Assembly: GCF_963921235.1 (NCBI RefSeq)
Contig: NC_086097.1
Span: forward strand, 229,774,001-229,838,000
Direction of reading: 5' to 3'
Length of the DNA stretch: 64,000 bases
Origin: Mobula hypostoma
Taxonomy: Eukaryota
The translations under genes were made by a program, and so were the position numbers. The notes under the pieces were generated by a model that was not told the origin of the DNA, ran no database searches, and worked only from the letters and a program-made list of their open reading frames with translations. Shown here in pieces: positions 1 to 12,384 of the stretch; the stretch's first letter is position 1, and every line of letters begins with the position of its first letter.

Positions 1-239
1 ACCAACAAAGCATGCCTGCAAACAGCACTAACAAAGCATGCCTGTGAACAGCACCAACAATGCATGCTTGCAAACAGCACAAAGCATGCCTGCAAACAGC
101 ACCAACAATGCATGCCTGCAAACAGCAAACAAAGCATGCCTGCAAACAGCACCAACAAGTCATGCCTGCGAACAGCACCAACAATGCATGCCTGCAAACA
201 GCATGACAAAGCATGCCTGCAAACAGCACCAACAATGCA
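1..239. repeat. Minisatellite, ~26-bp unit (acagcaccaacaaagcatgcctgcaa), about 9 degenerate copies, runs off the window start
   Basis: Tandem units are directly visible; ORFs 38..388 and 64..453 are by-products. Confidence 0.95.
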
Positions 240-248
240 CGGCTCGCA

Positions 249-482
249 AACACAAGAAAGTCTGCAGATGCTGGAAATCCAAAGCAAAACTCACAAAGTG
301 CTGGAGGAACTCAGCAGGCCAGGCAGCATCTGTGGAAAAGGTAAAAAGGGAAAAAAGAGTTTGGGCAGAGACCCTTCATCAGGACTAATAAAGGGTCTTG
401 GCCCGGAAGGTCGACTATTTGCTCTTTTCCAAAGACGCTGCCTGGCCTGCTGAGTTCCTCCAGCATTTGGAGTGTGTTGCTT
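249..482. mobile_element. Fold-back (inverted) pair of Penelope-like terminal repeats
   Basis: tgctggaggaactcagcaggccaggcagc and its reverse complement gctgcctggcctgctgagttcctccagca; a related repeat is contiguous with a GIY-YIG ORF at 49972-50787. Confidence 0.8.
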
Positions 483-499
483 GGCATGTCCACCACTTA

Positions 500-661
500 C
501 TACTCCCACACCCTTTGGAGTGCTGAAGGAAACTGGAGCAACCAGAGGCAACTCAAGGGGAGAACGCACAAACTCCTTACCGGCAGTAGTGGAAACTGAA
601 TGCTGATTGGTGATTGCTGGTGTTATAGAGCAACTGTGCTAAACACTACACCACCATGCCA
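500..661 (-). mobile_element. HE1-type V-SINE (tRNA-derived), degenerate
   Basis: Minus strand: ggcatggtggtgtagtgtttagc head and gagtttgtgcgttctcccc...gctccagtttcc central domain. Confidence 0.7.
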
Positions 662-1514
662 CTAATATTGCTCAATATTCATTGCCAATCTGCCTCAGAT
701 TTAGGCAGCGGGATCAGAAGAGGAGCTGGTTCCTGTTGTCCACAAAGCCAAGAACCAGATAGCTGGCATTCTCAGGACTGATACTTGAAGCTACTGTGTT
801 GGAGCACCAATCTTTAAAACATGGTGACTTATGCAGCTATACAGTAACTTAAAATTAATGACCTTTCCAGTAAAAAGAGACAAAGGGCCACCTCAGCACT
901 GGGAAGTTCCAAGGAGAACCTGCAATCAGGCATTAAACTTGAGGAGGGGAAGGAATTAAAGAGCAGGTTGGGAGAGCTTCGAGAGAAGATAAAACATGCA
1001 AGTCACTAAAAGAAGCACCCGGTCATAAAGTCTACACACAATAGATGATTAAACCTGCCTACAGTTTTTTTGGGAGGGTGTTGAATGATGAACACAATTA
1101 TTGCCTGGGGGCTGCTGCACGGGGTAGTACTGATGAATATGCAACTGGTCACTGCCTGCATGTATTAGACTACTAATGCATTAAACAGACAAGGAATGCA
1201 AGTTTTACCAAAAACTGACTGCTGTACTACACCAGCTGGCTGATCATGTCCCTCTGCAGGAATCCCCTCTGGCTCCTTGTCATCAACTGCAGACACCCGA
1301 ACCCTGCTCGCTAATGATTCTGATTGCTGTACACATCCTGTTGCTGACGAGTCAGCCATCAGGGCTTAAGAAGGTAGGCTTGGAGCCACCCAGGTTGTTT
1401 TTGTTGTTAATTATCCCTGGCACAGGTCTCTTGAAGGATGAGGACATTGCTGATGATGTCTAGGTAACCACAACTAAGCCTTCTACCCTTTTGGTACACT
1501 ACTCTACTTGTCTC

Positions 1515-1942
1515 AGCTCTCACCTGTGGCTCCAAGTAGCTGTAACACGTGCAGCAGCCACACCCCCAGTAAACCGTCTCGGCAGATGGGCCAAACCAGG
1601 TGAGGGTAGCCGACAGGTCTTTGATGCTGGGTGAGGTAGGGGATCTGTCTGTCCCAGCGTGTGAAGTCTGGCCCTGGCAGATTGAGCGGAGGAGACCTGA
1701 TTAATGGTCCAACCGTCAAGAAGGCAGGCCAGCAGGCGTCGTGGAGCGCTAAGAGCACGACAAGGCACTTAGACGTCCTGGTCATCCACTGCAGCAGGAG
1801 AGGTCTCCAGCCGTAACGGTTGTCCGTGCCACTGGATCAAGGTCTCTTCTGCTGAGAGTGGGATTGCCCGTGCAACGGCGGTTCCACTTAAAACCCCATC
1901 ACACACAGGTTTCCTGTCTTCTTCGAATGCAAAGCACTACCA
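1515..1942 (+). mobile_element. Short non-autonomous non-LTR element (RTE/Vingi-related), 11-bp TSD
   Basis: Direct repeat ctacttgtctc at 1504-1514 and 1943-1953; short cac/cta tail; body resembles the element at 45265-45807. Confidence 0.65.
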
Positions 1943-2139
1943 CTACTTGTCTCTAACCATAAAGCCACGATTCTGACTGTGTTTACAGAGAGTAATCAGC
2001 AAGTTCATGATTACAAGTGAGCATCTATACTTTTTTTTATCAACTTTTAAACACTTTTAGAGTTACACAAGTGCAGAGCGGTTTTGCAAAATAAAGAAAG
2101 TTTGGACTCGTTTACTTTTTCCATTTAAAAAAATATATT

Positions 2140-2342
2140 TAGAGTACAGCATGGTAACAGGTTCTTCCACCCCAAAAAGCGCACACTGCCCACTTACACC
2201 CATGTGACCAATTAAACTACTAGCCTGTACGTATTTGAAATGTGGGGGAAACCCACACAGGGAGAACATACAAACTCCTTACAAACAGTGAACTGAACCT
2301 GGATCATCGGCGCTGTCATAGCGCCACGCTACCGAGCTGCCC
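2140..2342 (-). mobile_element. HE1-type V-SINE
   Basis: Minus strand: gggcagctcggtagcgtggcg head, ggttca B-box-like motif, gagtttgtatgttctccctgtgtgggtttcc domain. Confidence 0.7.
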
Positions 2343-2610
2343 TAATCATACTGTTGCCTACGCTCAATCTGGGGCTTGCTGACCAGGCAGAGGAGCAACC
2401 AACCCCCCCACCCCCCCCCAATCTGCTCAGCATATCTGATAACTACAGAAGATAGTCTGAGTGCAGCTTTGGTTGAGCTAGATACAAAAAATATAACAAA
2501 ATAATTTTTTTCATCCAGTTCTGGTAATAAGGTATGCAATCTTTAACAAATCTTGAATTCTCACAGACTTCTGGATTATTTGATTGTTGTCTAACTCCAT
2601 TTCAGAATCA

Positions 2611-3516
2611 GGCTACGTCCACACTAGACCGGATAATTTTGAAAACGCCGGTTTCGCGTAAAAACGATAAGTGTCCACACCAGGCGCTTTTCAAAATACC
2701 TCCGTCCACATTAGAAAGGATATTTGGGCGAATCTCCTCCTACTGGGCATGCGCAGGACACACAGAAAACAAGCGAAGAGGAAATGGTATACTTGATGCG
2801 CGTTTGTCCAGTTACAGACTAGAAAGACTTTAACGGAATTGCTGTCGGCTCTCGTGCAGGAGGACTTAAAAACTAAAAACAACAAATACTGGAGCGTATG
2901 GACGCAACCGACAGGGAGTTCACGGTCAGTATGACCCAGCTGATGATAAACATTGAAAAACTGACTAACTCTGTTGCATTAATAAAACACCTTGTTAAAT
3001 GTATAAAACATGTCTGCGTCAGTGTTATCTTGTATTTCCATACAATGTCATATTAAGCTGTTACACATCTATTGTCAGAGAAGTAGTTGCATAAATAGGT
3101 AAACCACCTTCATACAAGCAAGGACAGAAAACAGGGCAAAGTGAGTATACTTATTTATTCAGTAAGCTATGGGTCAAAGTATTTGGTGAGTACATTTCTA
3201 ACTCTTCTGGCTGCAGTCTTGCTGCCGTCTGTTCTGAAATTGTTAGGTTGTGTGCGGGTTGCGTTCAAGAAAACAACGAAATGCCGCGCTGCGACCATCT
3301 GTTCCGGCACGTCATGACAGCATTTTAAAAAATATCCGTTTACCCCGTCCACACTGCTCTGCACAATCTGCATTTTCAAATTTACACACTCTGGAGGGCG
3401 CTTTAGTAAATCTCCGTTTTCGGGGGAGGAGAATGCTGTTTCAGTGTGGACGGAGGGTCAAAACGAAGAGAAAAAGCTTTGGTTACGGATTTATCCAGTC
3501 TAGTGTGGACGGAGCC
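2611..3516. mobile_element. Non-autonomous PIF/Harbinger-type DNA transposon (906 bp)
   Basis: TIRs ggctacgtccacactagaccggataa / ttatccagtctagtgtggacggagcc; 3-bp TSD tca (2608-2610, 3517-3519); no transposase ORF. Confidence 0.8.
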
Positions 3517-3621
3517 TCAGAATCAGGTTTAATATCACTGGCCTATGTCGTGAAATTTGTTAACTTAGTGGCAGCAGTACAATGCAATACATAATAAATA
3601 AATAGAGAAAATTAATTACAG

Positions 3622-4550
3622 CAGGTCATTTGTTGTATTTTTTTCACAGTAACACGTTGAAGCTGCACCCTCTCTAACATGCTGGTGGAGAGAGTTTTAT
3701 CTGGGTTTTTAGCGCTGGAAATAGTTACATTCCGACACGTCTCATTAGCGGGACAGCAGTATGGTCGCATTGTTTATTCTAGTGACCAGCTGATTGCGCT
3801 TATGCCGGCCGGTTTAGCAAACCGAGTAGCGGACACCCTGGCTGAAATCTGGAGGAAAACACAGAGGATGCAGAGGGGGATCAAAAAGGCGAGGAAAGTG
3901 GACCGGGTCGAGACAACTGAGACTTATGGAGAAGAGGAGTTATAAGCCGTGTCTTCCCTCTCTCATTATGGGCAATGTGAGATCGCTGAGTAATAAAAAG
4001 GACAAGTTGACGGCGCTAGCCAGAAGTGAGAGAACATTTCGGGAGTGCAGTGTTATGTGTTTTACTGAAACGTGGCTGCACGAGGATATAACCAACCAAA
4101 ACGTTTCCATGGAGGGCTTCCAGACCGTTTGGGCTGACCGGAAGTGCACTGAGAGCGGTAAGCGTAAAGGAGGGGGGCTTACTGTTCTGGTTAACATTGG
4201 ATGGTGCAATCCTGGTCATATTATGATCGAGGAACGTGTTTGTAGACCGGATATTGAACTTTTTGCTGTTGGACTCCGGCCATTCCACCGAGATCCAACA
4301 CTGGGCGTCATGGGAGGTTGTTCCTGCCTGTGGCCATCGAACTTTACAGCTCCTCCCGTGGAGGGTCAGACACCCTGAGCCAATAGGCTGGTCCTGGACT
4401 TATTTCAATCTGGCATAGTTTACATATTGTTGTTGATTGTTTGTGGTTTTTGTATTGCTATATTTACGCTCTATTCTTGGTTGGTGCAGCTGTAATGAAA
4501 CCCAATTTCCCTCGGGATCAATAAAGTATGTCTGTCTATCTATCTATCTA
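3622..4550 (+). mobile_element. Internally deleted Rex1/Babar-type LINE (AP endonuclease N-terminus joined to the 3' end)
   Basis: ORF 3926..4378 has IMGNVRSL, CFTETWL, GKRKGGG, DIELFAVGLRP, then jumps to 3'-terminal sequence; aataaa and (tcta)n tail. Confidence 0.8.
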
Positions 4551-4552
4551 TA

Positions 4553-5504
4553 CAGTGGCATGCAAAAGTTTGGGTACCCCAGGTCAAAGTTTCTGTTACT
4601 GTGAATAACTAAGCGAGTAAGAGATGAACTGATTTCCAAAAGGCATAAAGTTAAAGATGACACATTTCTTTAATATTTTAAGCAAGAAAACTTTTTTATT
4701 TCCATCTTTTACAGTTTCAAAATAACAGAAAAGGAAAAGGGCCTGAAGCAAAAGTTTGGGCACCCTGCATGGCAGTACTTAGTAACACCCCCTTTGGCAA
4801 GTATCACAGCTCGTAAACACTTTTTGTAGCCAGCTAAGAATCTTGTTTGGGGGATTTTCACCCATTCTTCCTTGCAAAAGGCTTCTAGTTCTGTGAGATT
4901 TTTGGGCCATCTTGTATGCACTGCTCTTTTGAGGCCTATCCACAGATTCTCGATGATGTTTAGGTTAGGAGTCTGTGAGGGCAATGGCAAAACCTTCAGA
5001 TTGTGCCTCTTGAGGTAGTCCACTGTGGATTTTGAGGTGTGTTTAGGTTCATTATCCCGTTGCAGAACCCATCCTCTTTTCACCTTTGGCTTTTTTACAG
5101 ACGGTGTGATGTTTGCTTCCAGAATTTGCTGGTATTTAATTGAATTCATTCTTCCCTCTACCAGTAAATGTTCCCCGTGCCACTGGCTGCAACACGAGCT
5201 CAAAGCATGATCAATCCAGCCCCGTGCTTAACAGTTGGAGAGAGGTTCTTTTCATGAAATTCTGCACCCTTTTTTCTCCAAACATACCTTTGCTCATTGC
5301 AGCCAAAAAGTTCTATTCAAAAGGTTCAAAGGAATATCTAAACAAGCCTGATGCATTTTGGAAACAAGTCCTGTGGACTGATGAAGTTAAATCCACTGCA
5401 TCTTTAACTTTATGCCTTTTGGAAATCAGATCATCTTTTACTCACTTAGCTATTCACAGTAACAGGAATTTTGACCGGGGTGCCCAAACTTTTGCATGCC
5501 ACTG
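4553..5504 (-). mobile_element. Tc1-type DNA transposon with long TIRs, deleted and rearranged transposase pseudogene
   Basis: TA TSD (4551-52, 5505-06); ~105 bp of matching TIR starting cagtggcatgcaaaagtttggg; ORF 4709..5203 with DNEPKH and SQTPNLNIIENLW. Confidence 0.92.
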
Positions 5505-5512
5505 TATGTCTA

Positions 5513-5960
5513 TTAAATCGTTGAACTAAAAATAGTAGTGCAAAAACAAAAATAATAAAAAAGTGAGGTACTGTTCATGGGTCGTATGTCCGTTTAGAAA
5601 TTTGATGGCAAAGGAGAAGAAGCTGTTCCTGAATTGTTGAGTGTGTGGCTTCGGGCTTCTGTATCTTCTTCCTGATGGTAACAGTGAGAAGAGAATATGT
5701 TCTGGGTGATGGGGGTCTTTAATGAGGGATGCCAGCTTTCTGAGGCACTGTTCCTTGAGTACTACGGAGGTTCGTACCCATGATGGAGCTGACTACTTTG
5801 ACAATTTTCTGTAGCTTCTTTCCATCCTGTGCAGTAGCCCCTCTCCCCATACAGCCTGTCAGAATGCTCTTCATGGTCCACCTGTGAAAGTTTTTGAGCG
5901 TTTTATCCCCTCAAACTCCGAATGAAATACAGCCGCTGTCTTGCCTTCTTTGTAGCTGCA
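5513..5960 (-). mobile_element. Rex1/Babar-type LINE 3' fragment; its tail lies at ~2601-2610 and 3517-3620
   Basis: Same motifs (aagaagctgttcctgaa...cctgatggtaacagtgagaa) as copies at 23353, 42595, 44350 and 62565. Confidence 0.7.
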
Positions 5961-7112
5961 TTTCTCCCCCTTTGTCAGGTCTTTGCTGTCCATTCCAATG
6001 ATCACTTCCCCATCCTCAGGTGACACCTCAGTTTCAGCAGCCATCTTTGCACCTATGCCCGTTTCATTCGCCAGGAATCTTCACCCCTCATCTGTCTTCA
6101 GAATTTCCAATCCACCTGTATCCCTCCTCCAGACATCCTTCCCCCCCTCTCAATCTAATCACTGCTACTGCTGGCACAGCAATCACCACCCTACTTCTTC
6201 TGTCACCCTGACCCCCACGTCTACTGCTTGGCAATTGCTCTCTATCCTAAAGCAACTGAACCTCAGCTTTCTGACACTGGCACAAGCCTCTCTGCACCAA
6301 AGAATATCAGAACCTTGTCTCCCACACACTCATTTTGGAGATCTGCACTTCGCTATATCTAGCTTCATAGTAACACCCCCCCCACCCCAACCCACTCCGG
6401 CCCAGAGGCAGTACCTGCTTCTAGTTCCTCCCGAAATTTCCTAAGTAGGATTCTCCTGATATAGACTTCCCATTTCATTTTGTTGCACAGAATTTATTTC
6501 TTCATAATGTCACTACTCTTGCTCCTCATTTTACAGCCAGAATGTCCCTGAGGCCCTCAACTACTTTCACAGTTTCTTGGACCCAATTGTCTCACTTTCA
6601 CCATGAACATCCTTTACACCACCATTCCACAGCAGGGCATCTGGAAAACTTTCACTTATTCCTTGGATTGAATCCCAACAAGACCCCTCCTCCGTGGGGA
6701 CTGACTCACTCCCACAGCGAACAACCACATTAACGCCACCTCCTTCCTCCTAGTGGAAGACTTTTTCAGTCTTATGGTTATTATATTCCATGGGGGAATA
6801 TGTGGGGGAGGGAGATTTGGGGGTCGATGTTCTTGTTAAGTTTTTCTTATTTTTTTTCAGGGGAAGAGGGTTTGGGGGTCAATGTTCTTGTTACATTTTG
6901 TGTAGGGGAAGAATGCAAACAATGCATTTTATTGCAAGTTTCCATGTGCATGTGATAAATAAATCTGAACCTGTGCACCACCACCAAGTGAGTTACTGTT
7001 TCCCTTCTATTCACAATTGTGGAGGAAATACTTTGATATTTTTTAATGTATTTGACTCAGTGGGCAGGTACAATTGATTAACAAAATTGCACATCATGCT
7101 TGCAATGTCCAT

Positions 7113-7431
7113 AAATAATAATAAAGGCATCCGTTAGTCTTGCGAGACCATGGATCTGCGCCTGGAATGTCTTCACTCTCCAGGGCGCAAGCCTGGGCAA
7201 GGTTGTATGGAAGACCAGCAGTTGCCCATGCTGCAAGTCTCCCCTCTCCATGACACCAATGTTGTCCAAGGGAAGGGCATTAGGGCCCATACAGCTTGGC
7301 ACTAGTGTCGTCGCACAGCAATGTGTGATTAAGTGCCTTGCTCAAGGACACAACACGTTGCCTCAGCTGGGGTTCGAACTCACGACCTTCAGGTCGCTAG
7401 TCCAATGCCTTAACCACTTGGCCACGTGCCC
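7113..7431 (-). mobile_element. tRNA-derived SINE with CORE-like domain and RTE-like 3' tail
   Basis: Minus strand: A box tggccaagtgg, B box gttcgaacc, gtgtccttgagcaaggcacttaa, (tta)n tail. Confidence 0.8.
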
Positions 7432-8896
7432 ACCCATAGTCATATTGCAGGCAATAATCCCCCCACAATCCAGGCTATGCTCTCTTCTCATTACTTCCTT
7501 TGGGAAGGAGGTACAGGAGCCTTAGGTCGCACACCATCAGGTTCAGGAACAGTTATTATCCTTCAACTATCAGGCTTCTGAACCAGTGTGGATAACTTCA
7601 CTCACCTCAATACTAAACCTACTGACTAATTTTCAAGGACTCTACAACTCATGTTCATTATTATTATTATTATTATTTGTCCTTGCACAGTTGGGCGAGG
7701 TTGGAATGCTCTGGGGGGCTGAGTTGATTTGCAGAGGTCGAGAACAGTTCATTCGGCAGTGAAATCTAGGCCTGGATCAATTCGCCACCAGCGGTGCTGG
7801 GTCCTAGTGCAAGTTTCGGACGATTTAAACGCCACCCCAGATCGCCTGGGGGCTTCTCTCACTGCGACGCTAATGCTGTGAGTTTGTCCCTGGCTGCCGT
7901 GCTTTGTGTCTGCAAACTTTGCGGCGACTTGCCCCACTAATATGATGAATGGAATACCGAGACTTTGGGCCTACTCCAGGGATTTGGATCGAAGGACTCA
8001 ATTTGGTTTGGAATGCTGTTGTTGTTGCTCGCTTCTATTATTTATATGATTTGCTTTGTGTTTTATTTCTTCTTCTTTGTGGGCAGGGGGGTGGGGGGGT
8101 GGGGGGGGGCTGTTGGTCTTATTTTTCTTTAATTGGGTCCTTTCGGGTTCCTTGCTTTCTGACTGCCTGTAAACAAACAAAACTCAAGGTTGTATAATTT
8201 ATACATTCTTTGATAATAAATGCACTTTGAAACTTGAAACTTTTGCACATGGGTTGCATGTCAGTATTTGTTTGCATGCAGTTTTTCATCGATTCTGTAC
8301 CATTTCGTTGTTCTACTGTGAACACCCAAAAGAAAATGAATCTCAGGGTGGTATATGGTGAAATGTACGTTCTTTAATAATAAATTTACTTTGGACTTTA
8401 TAATGCACTTGATAAGTGCTGCAAAGTCTGCAAGGAAATAGCTAGTTCACCCTATGTCTATTGACTGAAGCTGCCTGCAGACTCAACCCTCAGACAAAAT
8501 CAAGAATAAAAGTGACCTCGATCCACTTCTCTAAAGCTTTGGTGTGTTTCTCAGGTACGCACAGCATCAGCCGTAAGCTGAGTCACACTCAGGTTTACAT
8601 TACAGGATTTGCTAAACTCTTAAATATTCCTCTCCATTCTTCAAATAGCATCAACAGAAGCTCCTCTCCCTGCAGGAGATAAACAGGCATACTCAACAAC
8701 AGGTGAGATAAATCTAACAAATACCATTCTGCAGCCACCCTGAATATGACACTGTTGGCAAATGTTGCCCCTCTGAAGCCGATGGAAGGACTTAAGGCTA
8801 CTGTCCACATTACTTTAGTATTTTAGTTGAAATAACCATCTCTTTTTTGTTCCACACCATGTCCATTAGTGCTACTTTTAAGGTTATGTTTTCTGC

Positions 8897-9505
8897 AGAA
8901 TGTGGGAGATTGAGAAGAGACTTGATGAAGTTATACAAAATTATGAGGGGTACAGATTGGGTAAATGCAAGCAGGCTTTTCCTACTGAGGTCGAATGGGA
9001 CTACAACCAGAGGACATGGGTTAAGTGTGAAAGGTGAAAAGTTTAAGGGGAACATGAGGGGAATCTTCTTCACTCAGAGGGTCATGAGAATATGAAATGA
9101 GCTGTCAGCACAAGTGGTGCATGCGAGCTCGATTTCAATGTTTACGAGAAATTTGGATACGTACATGGATAGGAGAGGTATGGAGAGATAGGGTTAAAGG
9201 TTCACTTTATTGTCAAAGTATGCCTGGTATAATACAACTCTGATAACCATGAAATACTGAAAAACCGTGGCAGTTGTTGAAAAGAAAAGCTATCACTCCC
9301 CCCACCCCAACACGAAAAGGAAAAGAAACAAAACTTGCAAACCCCAAAATCTCCCCACCCCTTCCCTCACAAAACATCAAACCCCCAGCCCGATCCTTCG
9401 CAGGTCCAGGTGCAAGTGAATGGGAGTTGGCAATTTAAATCATTTGGCACAGACTAGATGGGCTGAAGGGACTTTTTCTATGCTGTACTTTTATATGACT
9501 CTATG
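8897..9505 (+). mobile_element. CR1 LINE 3' end, interrupted at ~9195-9400
   Basis: ORF 8847..9095 contains RLRRDLMKLYKIMRG...TRGHGL...FFTQRV; CR1-type 3' UTR. Confidence 0.85.
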
Positions 9506-9995
9506 GGTGGTCTAAAACTTGCTTGTTGGTGGGCCATAGTTCCCAGTGGACTTTATACACAAGTTTTAAAAAGCGAGCGGTGCCTATTGGGAATTGGCTG
9601 CGGACCAGGAGATTGTTTGGGTTACTATTAACTTAGTAAGTGCCAATAAAAAGAAGTTAAGTTTAAGTGGAGCAGCCATTGTGGGAGCGGGCCAGGAAAA
9701 GAGTGGATGGCTTTTGCTCAACAAGCTTCAGCGAGAAGGGGCTGAAGCGCACTGAGTGGTTTGGAATCATTAATTAGATTGTAGAACTTAAGCTTATGAA
9801 GTTAGAGTCAAAGGTACTCATCCACTGAGCCTTTGTAGGTAAACTCAAAAATAGGAAAAGTGCAATCACTCTGATGGGATTGTACTTCAGAAACCCCAAT
9901 AGCCATAGGGATATTCGGGAACAGATCTGCAGACAGATTAAGGAAAGGTATAAAAGCAATAGGGTTGTTGTCATGGGGGACTTCAACTTCCCTCA

Positions 9996-11500
9996 TATAA
10001 GACCACAAGACGTAGAAGCAGAATTAGGTCTTTTGGCCCATCGAGTCTGCTCCGCCATTCAATCATGGCTGATCCCTTTTTCCCCTCCTCAAGCCCCACT
10101 CCCCGGCCTTCTCCCCGTAACCTTTGATGCCGTGTCCAAGCAAGAACCTATTAAGTTCTGCTTTAAATACGCCCAGCTACCTGGCCTCCACAGCTGCCTG
10201 TCGTAATAACTTCCACAAATTCACCACCCTCTGGCTAAAGAAATTTCAATGCATCTCTGTTTTAAATCGACGCCCCTCTATCCCGAGGCTGTGCCCTCTT
10301 GTCCTAGACTCCCCCACCATGGGAAACATCCTTTCCACATCTACTCTGTCTAGGCCTTTCAACATTAGAAAGGTTTCAATGAGATCCCCCCCTCATCCTT
10401 CTGAATTCCAGCGAGTACAGGCCCAGAGCCATCAAATGTTTCTTGTATGATAACTCTTTCATTCCCAGAATTATCCTTATGAATCTCCTTTGAGCCCTGT
10501 CCAATGCCAGCACATCTTTTCTTACATGAGGATCCCAAAACTGTTCACAGTACTCACGGTGAGGCCTCACCAGTGCCTTATAAAGACTCAGCATCACATC
10601 CCACCTCTTGTATTCTAGACCTCTGGAAATGAATGCTAACATTGCATTTCCTTTCCTCACCAACAACTCCACCTGCAAGTTAACCTTTAGGGTGTTTCGT
10701 AAAAGGACTCCTTAGTCCCTTTGCACCAAGTCTCCGTAACCTCATCCTGAACAATTGACTCCAACATCTTTCCAGCCACTGTGAGCACACTAACTAGTCT
10801 ATAATTTCCTTTTTGCTGCCTTCCTCCTTTCTTAAAGAGTGGAGTGACATTTGCAATTTTCCAGTCCTCTAGCACCATGCCGGGATCCAATGATTTTTGA
10901 AAGATCATTTCTAATGCCTCCACGATCTCTACTGCTACCCCTTTCAGAACGCTAGGGGCAGTTCATCTGGTCTGAGTGGCTTATGTACCCTTAGGTCCTT
11001 CAGCTTTTTGAGCACCTTCTCCCTTGTAAAAGTATCTGCACTCACTTCTCTTCCCTCACACCCTTCAGCATCTGGCACACTGATAGTGTCTTCCACAGTG
11101 AAGACTGAAGCAAAATACTCATTTAGTTCATCTGCCATCTCCTTGGCCCTCATTATTATTTCTCCAGCCTCATTTTCTAGCGGTCCTATACTCACTCTCA
11201 TCTCTCTTTTATTTTTACATACTTGAAAGGGCTTTTACTATCCACTTTGATATTGTTTACTAGCTTTTCCCTCCTAATGATTCTTTATCTTGCTCTTCGT
11301 AGGGTTTTAAAACCTTCCTAATCCTCTGATTTCCCATTAATTTTTGCTTTGTTGTATGCCCTCTCCTTTGCTTTTACATTAGCTTTGACTTCCCTTGTCA
11401 GCCACGGTTACACTGTCCACCATTTGAGAATTTCTTTGTTTTTGGAGTATATCTATCCTGCACCTTCCTCATTTTCCCCAGAAACTCACACCATTGCTGC
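9996..11500 (-). mobile_element. CR1 LINE, decayed RT and 3' end; abuts a + strand CR1 5'/endonuclease fragment at ~9550-9995
   Basis: ORFs with DWKIANVTPLFKKG, YKALVRPHREYC, ADELNEYFASVFT; + strand fragment has VVVMGDFNFP. Confidence 0.9.
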
Positions 11501-11539
11501 TCTGTAATTTCCTTTATTCACTGAAATACTGCTACGTCA

Positions 11540-12312
11540 GAGTTTAACCTGGCCAAATGTGAAAAAGCAACAGTACACTGTGAAGGGCGAGACCCTTGAC
11601 AGTGCTGATGATCAGAGGGATCTTAGGGTCTAGGTTCATAACCCCCTGAAAGTATCCACACATGTTGATAGGGTGGTTATAAAAGCTTATGGCATGCTTG
11701 CATTTAGTAGTAGAGGCACTGAGTTTAAAAGTCAGGAAGTTAGGCTGCAGCTTTATTAAACTCTATTTAGACCGCATCTGGAGAATTGCACACAGTTCTG
11801 GTTACCCCATTATAGGAAGAATATCGAGGCTTTGGAGAGGGTGTAGAAGAAGTTCGCCAGGATGTTGCTTAGGTCAGAGAATATGTGCTATAATGAGAAG
11901 CTGAACAAACTTGGGTGGTTTTCTCTGCAGCGACAGAGGCAACTGGAGATCTGGTAGAGATTTGTAAGAGTTTGAGTGACAGAGGTAGAGTAAATGAACT
12001 ATCTTTTTCCCAGGATTGAAAATACCAGAGGGAACGCATTTAAGGTGAGAAGGTGTCATTTCAGAGAGGATGTGGGTGCCACATATTTTTACACATAGAT
12101 TGGTGGGTGCCTGGAATAAGCTGTTTTGGGTGGTGGTAGAGCCAAATACACTAGGGACTTTTAAGAGACATTTAGATAAGCACATGAATGTGAGGAAAAT
12201 GGACGGATCTGGACATTGTGCAGGCAGATGCATTTAGTTAGCCATTTGATTACTAATTTAATTGGTTCAGTACAACACTGTGGGCCAAGGGGCCTGTTCT
12301 TGTGCTGCACTA
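11540..12312 (+). mobile_element. CR1 LINE 3' fragment, old
   Basis: Degenerate RT C-terminal sequence and gggcctgttcttgtgctg 3' end. Confidence 0.8.
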
Positions 12313-12317
12313 ATCTA

Positions 12318-12384
12318 CAGTACTGTCCAATAGTCATAGGCACATATATACAGCTCAGCTGTCTAGGACTCTTGCACAATACTG
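12318..12384. mobile_element. Tiny Tc1-type MITE; a further partial TIR lies at ~12775-12808
   Basis: TA-flanked cagtactgtccaatagtc...gactcttgcacaatactg; same TIR family as 18639-19243. Confidence 0.65.

Noticed and set aside
1..239. CRISPR-like array or repeat protein
   Set aside because: Contiguous tandem units without unique spacers, in eukaryotic context.
1165..1366. Possible minus-strand host exon (MADSSATG...QQSVF) and a downstream terminal exon near 830-919
   Set aside because: Weak splice signals, no recognisable protein similarity, no consistent multi-exon frame.
7360..7431. tRNA gene
   Set aside because: It has A and B boxes but continues into a SINE core and tail, with no complete cloverleaf or terminator.
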